Assembly: GCF_945607605.1 (NCBI RefSeq)
Contig: NZ_CALYZE010000004.1
Direction: 5' to 3' (one strand)
Source: an uncultured Bacteroides sp.
Lineage (GTDB): Bacteria > Bacteroidota > Bacteroidia > Bacteroidales > Bacteroidaceae
DNA: 64,000 nt
A program made the position numbers and the translations under genes. The notes beneath the pieces are model-generated. The model was not told the origin of the DNA. It did not search any database and saw nothing but the letters and a program-made list of their open reading frames with translations. This document shows positions 16,774 to 25,043 of the stretch, piece after piece; the stretch's first letter is position 1; each line of letters opens with the position of its first letter.

Positions 16774-18072
16774 ATGAAACTAAGAAGTTTATTTTTAGCA
16801 GCTCTCGCTGCAACGGCAATGGTATCTTGCACCAATGAAAATGACCCTATCGATGAAGGTAAGCAAGTAGAGAAAAATGCAATGATGCAGTTCAGAGTAT
16901 CTTTTGGCAGCTTGGCTAGCACAAGAGTAGATGAAACAAATGGCACAACAACAGGTAGCAAAGAGGCTGGTCTTGATCTGGAACAGAAGTTCTCAGAAGC
17001 TTTATTGATTGCAGCTTATGAAGGTGGTGCTACACCGGTAATTGTAAAGGAAATCCCTAGAGGTCAATTTGCACCGGTAACCGATCCTAATACTGCCGAT
17101 GGTAAGTATTATCAATCAGCCCCATTTGAAGTAACAGCAGGTACAGTAAAAGCTTATGTAGTATTAAACCCCGGAGAATTGTCAACTGCAACCTTGACAG
17201 GTAATAAGACACCGGCTGAAGTAGAAACCGCATTGAAAGCTCTACAACTTACCACTCTTCCAGCACAGGAATATTCATTCGTAATGTATGGTGCTGCTGC
17301 TGAAGCCACAGTCTTGGCTGATAAAACAACGACAGCTGTTACGGTTGCTGTTGACCGTGTAGTAGCCAAACTGAAAGAGGAAACTCCAAATGATAAAACA
17401 AGTGCCACTGTTGGACAGAATTTTGATGGCGCCGCTTTAGCAGACTCAGTAACTGTTTCTTTGCAAGGTTATGAATTCACCAACTTAACAGATAAATCTC
17501 ATCTTGTTTATCAAGCTTCACCAATGGTTTCGACCTTTGTATCTGGTTCTGTTTTTGATGGAGTAACTGTTCCTTCCTTCGGCTACGCTAAGACATTAGG
17601 TGCACCGAGCGCTACTGACCAAATTACCTATTGCTGGGAAAATGACAACGCTGAAACAACAGCTGATAAAGGTGATAAGATCACTTCAATCATCTATAAG
17701 GGACAGATTACAGTAGCAGGGACAGGTCATTCAGCTGGAGAAAACGTTTATGTTTATAATAACAAAGCCTATAACTTTGCTGAATTACATGCTGAACTTC
17801 CGGGACTCGTTTTGACAGATGATAGTACAATTGTTCAATTCGATGCAATCGGTATTTTCAAATATAAATCAGGTTTTTGCTACTATCGCAGACCCATCCT
17901 TACAGGCGATGAGCTGAAAAAAATCAGTCGTAACAATGTTTATAAATTAAGCGTAACAGCTATCAACACCATCGGTTTCCCTACCCCTATTCCTCCTGCA
18001 AAGAAGACTATGCTGCAGCTAAACATAGAGGTAAACGAGTGGACTGTTAATATGAATGCATTTGAACTTTAA
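16774..18072 (+). CDS. Type V pilus major (stalk) subunit candidate, FimA/Mfa1-family fimbrillin lipoprotein
   Basis: 432 aa with lipoprotein signal MKLRSLFLAALAATAMVSC. N-terminal beta-strand MQFRVSFG followed by STR51, a candidate Arg-protease maturation site. First gene of the operon, followed by an Mfa2-like gene. Confidence 0.7.
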   Translation: MKLRSLFLAALAATAMVSCTNENDPIDEGKQVEKNAMMQFRVSFGSLASTRVDETNGTTTGSKEAGLDLEQKFSEALLIAAYEGGATPVIVKEIPRGQFAPVTDPNTADGKYYQSAPFEVTAGTVKAYVVLNPGELSTATLTGNKTPAEVETALKALQLTTLPAQEYSFVMYGAAAEATVLADKTTTAVTVAVDRVVAKLKEETPNDKTSATVGQNFDGAALADSVTVSLQGYEFTNLTDKSHLVYQASPMVSTFVSGSVFDGVTVPSFGYAKTLGAPSATDQITYCWENDNAETTADKGDKITSIIYKGQITVAGTGHSAGENVYVYNNKAYNFAELHAELPGLVLTDDSTIVQFDAIGIFKYKSGFCYYRRPILTGDELKKISRNNVYKLSVTAINTIGFPTPIPPAKKTMLQLNIEVNEWTVNMNAFEL

Positions 18073-18111
18073 TACTCTCTCTTTCAGAACCATGATTTAA
18101 TAAAACCCTAA

Positions 18112-18156
18112 AACGGGAAGGGGGCGGGAATGCCCCACTCCCCTCCCGTTTTTCTC
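18112..18156 (+). terminator. Intra-operon hairpin + T-tract (attenuator) after the major pilin gene
   Basis: GC-rich stem aacgggaagggg/cccctcccgtt with one bulge, followed by TTTTCTCTC. Confidence 0.5.
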
Positions 18157-18209
18157 TCAATATTTCTTCTCAAACAAAACATCAATTATCAGCTTAAAAA
18201 ATAGAAAGC

Positions 18210-19298
18210 ATGAAACGAATATTCACTACCATACAAAAATCAGCAAAAAACATACTACTGCTTACTACAGTATTGGCTGGTGCAATGGCATCCTGCGACT
18301 CTGTCCTGGATTTTGAAGAAGGCGATTGCAGCATCGAATATCGCGTAAACTTCAAGTATGACTATAATATGAAGAAAGTGGACGCTTTCGCGACTCAGGT
18401 AAAGAGTGTGACGCTTTATGCTTTCGATAAAAAAGGCACATTTGTAACCCAAAAGACTGAATCGGGCAATATGCTTTCCGCTGGCAACTATTCTATGTCT
18501 ATTGATCTCCTCCCGGGAGAATATGAATTCATCACATGGGCAGGATTGGACGACCAATCATTTGCTGTTCCCTTGTTGACCCCCGGAACTTCCAAGCGCG
18601 AAGCACTCACCGTACTCACAAGACGTAACATTGATACGCGTGCCAATGGTGAAGAAGGAGAATATATAGTGAAGCGCAGTCTTCCCTCGCTATTCCACGG
18701 TAGAGTAGAAACCGTAACTTTGAGCGACAAGCCCTATACTCGTGCCATTCAGCAATTTGTAACTACCGTTCCTTTGGTGAAAAACACCAATAACATACGC
18801 GTTGTTATAGCTCAGGTCAATCAAAAACCTGACCAACCTGTGTCACGCGCCATCAACAAAGATCGCTTCTCATATGCCATTTATGATGACAATGGCTTCA
18901 TGAACTACGATAATACCTTGCTGGAAGATAATCTGCTGACTTACCTTCCTTTCGTCACCGAAAACTCCAGCATTAAAACCAAAGCTTTTAGCAACGAAGC
19001 CACCGAATATCCCGCAGCCATTGCTGAAATAAGCATGGCACGTCTGCTCGAAACGCAGAGCCCTCAACTGGAAATTATAGACCAAGAAACTGGCAAACAG
19101 CTGCTCCCCAGTAACTCCCTCATCGGTTACTTGGCCCTCTTGAAAGAACAAGGCTTCATAGACATGCCACTCCAAGAGTATCTTGATCGGGAAGACAGCT
19201 TCGGCATGATCTTCTTCGTTGACGAGAATCTTACAATGATTAAGAGCGTAATTCAAATTAACGACTGGATTGTACAGATCAATGAAATCGAATTCTAA
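18210..19298 (+). CDS. FimB/Mfa2-family pilus anchor subunit candidate
   Basis: 362 aa with lipoprotein signal ...LAGAMASC. The block EGDCSIEYRVNFKYDYNMKKVDAFATQVKSVTLYAFDKKGTFV matches my recollection of the FimB/Mfa2 N-terminal pattern. No (S/T)-R maturation site. Confidence 0.65.
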   Translation: MKRIFTTIQKSAKNILLLTTVLAGAMASCDSVLDFEEGDCSIEYRVNFKYDYNMKKVDAFATQVKSVTLYAFDKKGTFVTQKTESGNMLSAGNYSMSIDLLPGEYEFITWAGLDDQSFAVPLLTPGTSKREALTVLTRRNIDTRANGEEGEYIVKRSLPSLFHGRVETVTLSDKPYTRAIQQFVTTVPLVKNTNNIRVVIAQVNQKPDQPVSRAINKDRFSYAIYDDNGFMNYDNTLLEDNLLTYLPFVTENSSIKTKAFSNEATEYPAAIAEISMARLLETQSPQLEIIDQETGKQLLPSNSLIGYLALLKEQGFIDMPLQEYLDREDSFGMIFFVDENLTMIKSVIQINDWIVQINEIEF

Positions 19299-19311
19299 AA
19301 TAAACAAAACA

Positions 19312-22300
19312 ATGAAAAAGTGGATATACATACTAGCAGTCATCTTCCTGCAAATGCAGTTCGCATCTTGCACAGACGACTTGGTTGAAGGTTCTTCCGG
19401 AGCCGAAACAACCAGCCTGAAGATTATGCTCGACATTCCGGTAGAGAATGCCCAGTCGCGCGGGTTGATATATGGTCCTGACGAAGCAGCAGAAGCAAAA
19501 GAATCTATCATAAACGATATATATGCATTGGCATTCACCAGTAGTGGCAGTTTTATCAGCAAGCTAAACACCCAATATTCCTCCAGCGGAACACTCTACG
19601 CTATTCTTGATACAGAGGCCCATCCTGAGGCAGTAGGTAATCAAATTAGTGTAATGATACTCACCAACCTGAACAGTCAGGAGAATGGAAGTGCATTAAT
19701 CAATGCCATTAACAGTGCCACAGGCAAGACCAAGGCCCAAGTACTTGAATCTTTGAAATACGCTTTCACAGGAAAATGGGACATAAACACTCGTCAACTT
19801 CCAATGTGGGGTGAAATACAAATTACTCCTCAAGAAGGACAAGTAGTAAATGGATCGGTAAAATTATTCCGTGCTGTTTCTAAAATTAATGTAACCGTAA
19901 ACAAAGGAGATGGTGTAACGAGCAATGGTGTAGACGTATTCAAACTGAAGAGCGTACGTGTATATTATGCGCGCACTAGCGGTCTTGCTGGTTCAAAGTA
20001 TGCGCCTGTTGCTAATCCAGAAGGATCTCCGACTATAATTGAACCTTCCATGCCAGCAAATGTAACTTATATGCCAAGGTATTTGGAAGGCACTACTACT
20101 CCAAACAACATACTATTTGAAGCCTCACCCAACAGCAATTATGCTATTGAGAATCAAATATACATTCCCGAAGCAAAACAGCCCGGTGGACTTGGAGATC
20201 CTACGTGTTTGGTTGTAGGCGGATATTATATGGGTAGCCCTACAGAAACGTTTTATCGTGTAGACTTCAAGCAAGGCAATAAAGGCTCTGTTTATTATGA
20301 TGCCATCCGCAATCATATCTATAACTTCGACATCACAGGAGTAAATCGCCCTGGTACCGACGAACCCGATCCTGCATTGGATCATGTGGTTGTAGGCATG
20401 AATGTAACTATTACCCCTTGGACTACGCAGCATATGCGTGGAATCGGAGGACAATATACGTTAGAAGTAGAAGCTCCAGGCGTGTTACTGGCTTCAACGA
20501 ATCAAAGCGGTAACACTCTTTGGGTGGAAACAACCCACAATGGAGGCTGGAGCTTGGAATCTAAAACAGGCGATTGGTATAACGTTGTAAAAGCACCTGA
20601 CGGAAGCGGCGTAATCATTACTCCAAATCTGAATAATGGCGGTCAACGTCGTGGTAGCTTCGTGATTAGCTCTGGCAACTTGCGCAAAGTGATTATGGTA
20701 CGCCAAAAGGGTAAAGGAACTGCAAATTGTTATGCTGTGTCTGATGATGGAAATCAGATGTACCAAGATTTAGTTGTGACTGTAAAAGGTAACGGCGAAG
20801 AAGGTTTGATATCCGATGGAAAATTATTGAATGATCGAAACCCCTTTATAGCTCCTACGAATGTGAAAATTATTTGGGAAACTGCTCAAGGACTGATTAA
20901 ATTAGAAACAAATCCTGATGGAAGTGCAAAAATCAGTACAGACGGAATTGTGAGATATAAAGTCGATTTGACTAAGAAAAATTCAGACATAATGAATAGC
21001 AACCAAAATATCCAAGGAGGTAATGCTTTGATCGGTGGTTTTGATGCAAACAATGAACTATTATGGTCTTGGCACATTTGGGTATGCCCCGACTTAGATA
21101 CTTCAAAAGACGGCGTCATTGATCCACAAGAGTTAGCAGCTCAAACGGAAAATTGGAGCACAGGTTATATCTTTATGGACCGTAACTTGGGTGCTATCAG
21201 TAAGAAACCGGGATTGGCTTCACTAGGATTACTCTATCAGTGGGGACGTAAGGATCCGTTCATCGGCATGGGCAGCATTACAGAAAATGCAAACAAGATG
21301 GCAACTGTAAACCTCACTGGCTTTCCATGGGGCAATCTTGCTACCATGAATGTAGAGGATGCGCGAAAGAAGCCTACAACCTTAAGTGGAGGTGCGCTTG
21401 AAGGTACAGACTATGCTCTCTTATGGGGAACTGATAAAGGTTTTGAAGCAGACGGTGAAAAAGATGCCGGCAACAAAACGATATATGATCCATGTCCGGT
21501 AGGCTATCGGGTACCTCCTGTAGCTTCGGTAGTATTCAAATCAGGAAATTCCAGTAGTGAAACAACCAATTGGGCTAACAATAATATATATTGGCCATAT
21601 CTTCAATCTTATAGTTATAATGGTGCTAATAATTATAAAAATGATACTGACTCTTATGGCTTTTGGGTTAATTTAACAAGTGGAGGTTCAAAACCAACCG
21701 GGTTGCCCTATTATACTACAACAAATAAGAATAATGCAACGACATTATCGAATGCTACTTGGTTACCTATCTCAGGAGCGTATGACGGTAATATGAATTC
21801 CTTTACAAAGATAGACAATCAATGGAGTACTACTGTGAATAGTATTGTATGGACCAACTCATCTGTAACCATTAATTCAATAAAACGTCCGGGAGCATTA
21901 TTCCTACATGGAACGGAAGATTGGAGTCTACCGCATAATACATCAGGAAGTGGACGCCATATACATAAGCTAAAAGAAGCTGGAACTGATAATGGATTGT
22001 ATGCTAAGCCTAGCCATGCTGGTTCTGTACGTTGTATTAAAGATGAGAAGTCAAGCATTCAGAACTCTATCAAAGTGCCTGCTACTATTACACTTGAGGC
22101 CAATATAGGTTCTACTGTAACTGCAACGTTAGTTTCAATAACAGAGACATGGGAAGTTGTTGACCCGGGAGCATCATGGTTCACAATGACACCAGATGAA
22201 GGTGGAACAGGGAGTGCACAGACAATTACGTTTAAAGCAACGGAAGAGAATACCGGAGCCCAACGTCAAGCGATTTTGAAAATTAGATTCAGTAATAACG

Positions 22301-22665
22301 AAGAAAGACAAATTACAGTTATTCAAAAGCCGTCTTCTGTATTTAGTGCAAACCCAACCAATTTGACATTTGCAGGATACCGTGGCAATCCCAACTCTGG
22401 TAATCGTCCTGATTCTAAACCAATTACAATAACGAGTGATGGTGTATCATGGTCAGCAGCGAGAGGTAGTAACAGTACTTGGCTACAAGTGTCTACTAAC
22501 AATAGTTCGTTTAGTTCCAATATATCGAATTCATCCTCAACAACTTTATATATCAGAGCTGATTTTAATGGTCCGAGCAGTTCTTCTCGTTCTGGGTCAA
22601 TCATTCTGACTGCTGGTAGTAAAACCATAACCATCAATGTTACGCAAGGAACAAATCAACAATAA
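19312..22665 (+). CDS. Large chimeric pilus accessory/tip candidate: pilin-like N-terminus + BACON-like + lectin-like (Fibrobacter major paralogous type) + 2 BACON-like modules
   Basis: 1117 aa from ATG 19312 (lipoprotein signal MKKWIYILAVIFLQMQFASC). Strand LKIMLDIP then QSR50. Motifs MDRNLGA, LLYQWGRKDPF, DPCPVGYRVP, GSVRCIKD. Three W/SW...G-pattern repeats of about 85-100 aa. Confidence 0.6.
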   Translation: MKKWIYILAVIFLQMQFASCTDDLVEGSSGAETTSLKIMLDIPVENAQSRGLIYGPDEAAEAKESIINDIYALAFTSSGSFISKLNTQYSSSGTLYAILDTEAHPEAVGNQISVMILTNLNSQENGSALINAINSATGKTKAQVLESLKYAFTGKWDINTRQLPMWGEIQITPQEGQVVNGSVKLFRAVSKINVTVNKGDGVTSNGVDVFKLKSVRVYYARTSGLAGSKYAPVANPEGSPTIIEPSMPANVTYMPRYLEGTTTPNNILFEASPNSNYAIENQIYIPEAKQPGGLGDPTCLVVGGYYMGSPTETFYRVDFKQGNKGSVYYDAIRNHIYNFDITGVNRPGTDEPDPALDHVVVGMNVTITPWTTQHMRGIGGQYTLEVEAPGVLLASTNQSGNTLWVETTHNGGWSLESKTGDWYNVVKAPDGSGVIITPNLNNGGQRRGSFVISSGNLRKVIMVRQKGKGTANCYAVSDDGNQMYQDLVVTVKGNGEEGLISDGKLLNDRNPFIAPTNVKIIWETAQGLIKLETNPDGSAKISTDGIVRYKVDLTKKNSDIMNSNQNIQGGNALIGGFDANNELLWSWHIWVCPDLDTSKDGVIDPQELAAQTENWSTGYIFMDRNLGAISKKPGLASLGLLYQWGRKDPFIGMGSITENANKMATVNLTGFPWGNLATMNVEDARKKPTTLSGGALEGTDYALLWGTDKGFEADGEKDAGNKTIYDPCPVGYRVPPVASVVFKSGNSSSETTNWANNNIYWPYLQSYSYNGANNYKNDTDSYGFWVNLTSGGSKPTGLPYYTTTNKNNATTLSNATWLPISGAYDGNMNSFTKIDNQWSTTVNSIVWTNSSVTINSIKRPGALFLHGTEDWSLPHNTSGSGRHIHKLKEAGTDNGLYAKPSHAGSVRCIKDEKSSIQNSIKVPATITLEANIGSTVTATLVSITETWEVVDPGASWFTMTPDEGGTGSAQTITFKATEENTGAQRQAILKIRFSNNEERQITVIQKPSSVFSANPTNLTFAGYRGNPNSGNRPDSKPITITSDGVSWSAARGSNSTWLQVSTNNSSFSSNISNSSSTTLYIRADFNGPSSSSRSGSIILTAGSKTITINVTQGTNQQ

Positions 22666-22698
22666 TAGGTGCTAACAAACTAAAACAAATATATCATT

Positions 22699-23988
22699 AT
22701 GAAGCATATCCATAACATATTATACTGTCTGTTGCTTCTTGCAGGATTAAGTTCCTGCATAGCAGACACGATACTTGATGATCCACGTCCGAGTGGCGGG
22801 GAGCCTAACAACGCACAAGTTATGCTTAGTTTGTCTGTTCCCAATACTCAGCTACCTGCAGCCACACGTGCCTTAACTAATGATGCAGCTATCAGCTCTT
22901 TGTACTTATTAGTCTTTGAAGATGACGTGCTGAGTGCCAAGACAGACATTACAAGCAAATATTTGTCAGCAAATAATGGTACCTTTTATGTAGCCGTGAA
23001 AGAAACTGACAAGCAAGTACGTTTTTCTATTGTAGCCAATACGACCGTTTTATCAGCTGTGGGTACTACAAGAACGGCAACTTTAGGAGCACTGACTTTT
23101 AGTAATGCCAGTGATCTTACAAGCATGCCTATGTATGGCGAAGTAAGTCAAACTTTCAACGGTCTTAGCCGAGATAATACCTACGACGTAAGTGTTAGCC
23201 TGGTTCGTGCTCTCTCTAAGATAGAAGTGCAATACAACTCTACGCAAACCACGCAAGAATTTGAGTTTTTAGATATTGAAATCTTAAATACAAATGGGCA
23301 GGGTTATATAGCAACCGGGCAAGGTGCTTTTGCACAATCCCCTATAGGGAGTATTGCAATTGCCCCCTCCACGATTAACGGACAGAAAATAGCCTCTGCA
23401 TACGTTGCAGAAACTACGAACAATAGTCCCAACAAGATTTCAATCTTGATCCGTGGCAAGTACTTTGGTACAGAAGGTTACTATCGTTTGGACATGATAA
23501 AGGATGCCGAATCAACTGAGATTCCAGGACTTGTACGCAACTTTAAATATGTATTTGCATTGCAAAACATCAATTTTGCAGGTCGTACACGTTCAGATGC
23601 TCTAAGCGGCGATCCTGACAATAAAGCATTTGACGCTCAAGTGATGACACTCAGTGCTGACGAAGGAGATATCTTAAATATCACAACAGATGACGAGTTC
23701 TTCCTCGGAGTAAATACTGCTACTTTGCAACTGGTTAATAACGGAAGTATCTGCTTTGCAAAGCTGAAAATTCTGACTAACAACTACCTTGCCGGATGGA
23801 AAATTGTAGATGCTCCTTTAGGCGTTACATTCAACCCGGGAATAACCGGTGGAACAGCCGCTTCAGACGCAGCCAGACAAGTTTCATCAGTATGGGTATA
23901 CATTAACACAGCCGTTGTTACACAAGATTTCACATTCTACGTAACCAGCGGAAAAATCAGAAAGGTAATTAACGTAAAACTGCCATAG
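22699..23988 (+). CDS. Fimbrillin-like pilus accessory lipoprotein candidate
   Basis: 429 aa with lipoprotein signal MKHIHNILYCLLLLAGLSSC. Strand VMLSLSVP then ATR57. Block LYLLVFEDD is typical of pilin cores. Last large gene of the operon. Confidence 0.5.
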   Translation: MKHIHNILYCLLLLAGLSSCIADTILDDPRPSGGEPNNAQVMLSLSVPNTQLPAATRALTNDAAISSLYLLVFEDDVLSAKTDITSKYLSANNGTFYVAVKETDKQVRFSIVANTTVLSAVGTTRTATLGALTFSNASDLTSMPMYGEVSQTFNGLSRDNTYDVSVSLVRALSKIEVQYNSTQTTQEFEFLDIEILNTNGQGYIATGQGAFAQSPIGSIAIAPSTINGQKIASAYVAETTNNSPNKISILIRGKYFGTEGYYRLDMIKDAESTEIPGLVRNFKYVFALQNINFAGRTRSDALSGDPDNKAFDAQVMTLSADEGDILNITTDDEFFLGVNTATLQLVNNGSICFAKLKILTNNYLAGWKIVDAPLGVTFNPGITGGTAASDAARQVSSVWVYINTAVVTQDFTFYVTSGKIRKVINVKLP

Positions 23989-24024
23989 CAGTCTTTATTC
24001 TAAAAGATTTAAAAAAATACACTT

Positions 24025-24294
24025 ATGGAAAGTGACGATAGTTTCATTTGTGAATCGGAAAATGAACAACAAGTGTGCATTTATGAAGAAGAAGGTCATT
24101 GGTATGCCTACGGACGGTCTGCACACATTCTCAGACAATTGCAAAATGGATTTGAAAAAGTAAAACTGTTCGTAAACAATACCTATGACAACGTGGTAAT
24201 CAATCGAATAGAAGTGGATTTTAGAGTCATCATTGAAATGTTTACAATCATCCTTTGCTCTGACTCAAAACTGGTACTAAAATGCCCTTACTGA
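24025..24294 (+). CDS. Hypothetical small acidic protein
   Basis: 89-aa ORF with an ATG start, 36 nt after the previous gene. No family recognised, so coding status is uncertain. Confidence 0.3.
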   Translation: MESDDSFICESENEQQVCIYEEEGHWYAYGRSAHILRQLQNGFEKVKLFVNNTYDNVVINRIEVDFRVIIEMFTIILCSDSKLVLKCPY

Positions 24295-24386
24295 TAAAAA
24301 AAGAAAGAATCTCGTAGAGATAAAAAGAAGCTTCTTTTTTTATTTTAGAATAAGAAGATATTGTTTGTTTTGTTTGTGTTCCTCAT

Positions 24387-24440
24387 CCTACTTACCTGTC
24401 GTCTGTGAAGATAACAGTAAGTAGGTGGGGATATTTTTTT
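24387..24440 (+). terminator. Candidate terminator at the end of the pilus locus
   Basis: Stem cctacttacctgt/acagtaagtagg (one bulge), then a TTTTTTT run 8 nt downstream. Confidence 0.4.
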
Positions 24441-24750
24441 CATACAAATGATGTTCAATAGGGTACAAAAAAAAGGAAGCTTTTCACAAAGCCTCCTTTT
24501 TCAGTTTTCAATAGGTATTAGTTTTTTCTTAAGGTAAAAAGATTGTTTTCAGGATAACGATGCAAATATAGCCGCTTTTCGTGATACTAACCAAATTTAA
24601 AAACATGTCATATAACATCTTTTCAAAAATTCTTTTGATTTTATTATCATTTCAAAGCTTTTTTCTACATCCACAGCCGTTTTCATGAGCAAATATAGGG
24701 TTATTTCTCATGAAAAACTAAAATAATCCTAAATATTTTTCAAGCTCGCA

Positions 24751-25008
24751 CTATTTATAATATCTATCTGCCTTCCCACTGTGTTTTAGTACTTTTGCAT
24801 CAATGAAGAAAACGATTTCCTCTGCAATATTGGTGATATGGTCTCCGGCACGTTCCAGTTTACGAAAGACTCCAACGAGGTTTAAACAAGAGAGCACACT
24901 TTCGGGGTGTTGGTTCAAATAGTCTGCAAGGATAGAGGTAGCTCCGTATCTTACGACGGTAAGAGTGGATATATTCCCGTGAAATAACAATATAAAAAGA
25001 AATTGCAC
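24751..25008 (-). pseudogene. PhoU-family C-terminal remnant
   Basis: The ORF tail ...LNLVGVFRKLERAGDHITNIAEEIVFFIDAKVLKH matches the last helix pair of PhoU (LERIGDHATNIAE type). Only about 70 of roughly 225 residues are present, and the missing part would overlap the glnS promoter. Confidence 0.55.
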
Positions 25009-25016
25009 TATCTTTG
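25009..25016 (+). promoter_or_regulatory. -7 box (TATCTTTG) for glnS
   Basis: Exact consensus 28 nt upstream of the ATG at 25044. Confidence 0.5.
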
Positions 25017-25043
25017 TCCCACGATACGAAAATAGATAGCATT

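Noticed and set aside
19270-19311. TTG start at 19270 for the large pilin-like ORF, as given in the ORF track.
   Set aside because: It overlaps the end of the preceding gene. The ATG at 19312 gives a canonical lipoprotein signal peptide (MKKWIYILAVIFLQMQFASC).
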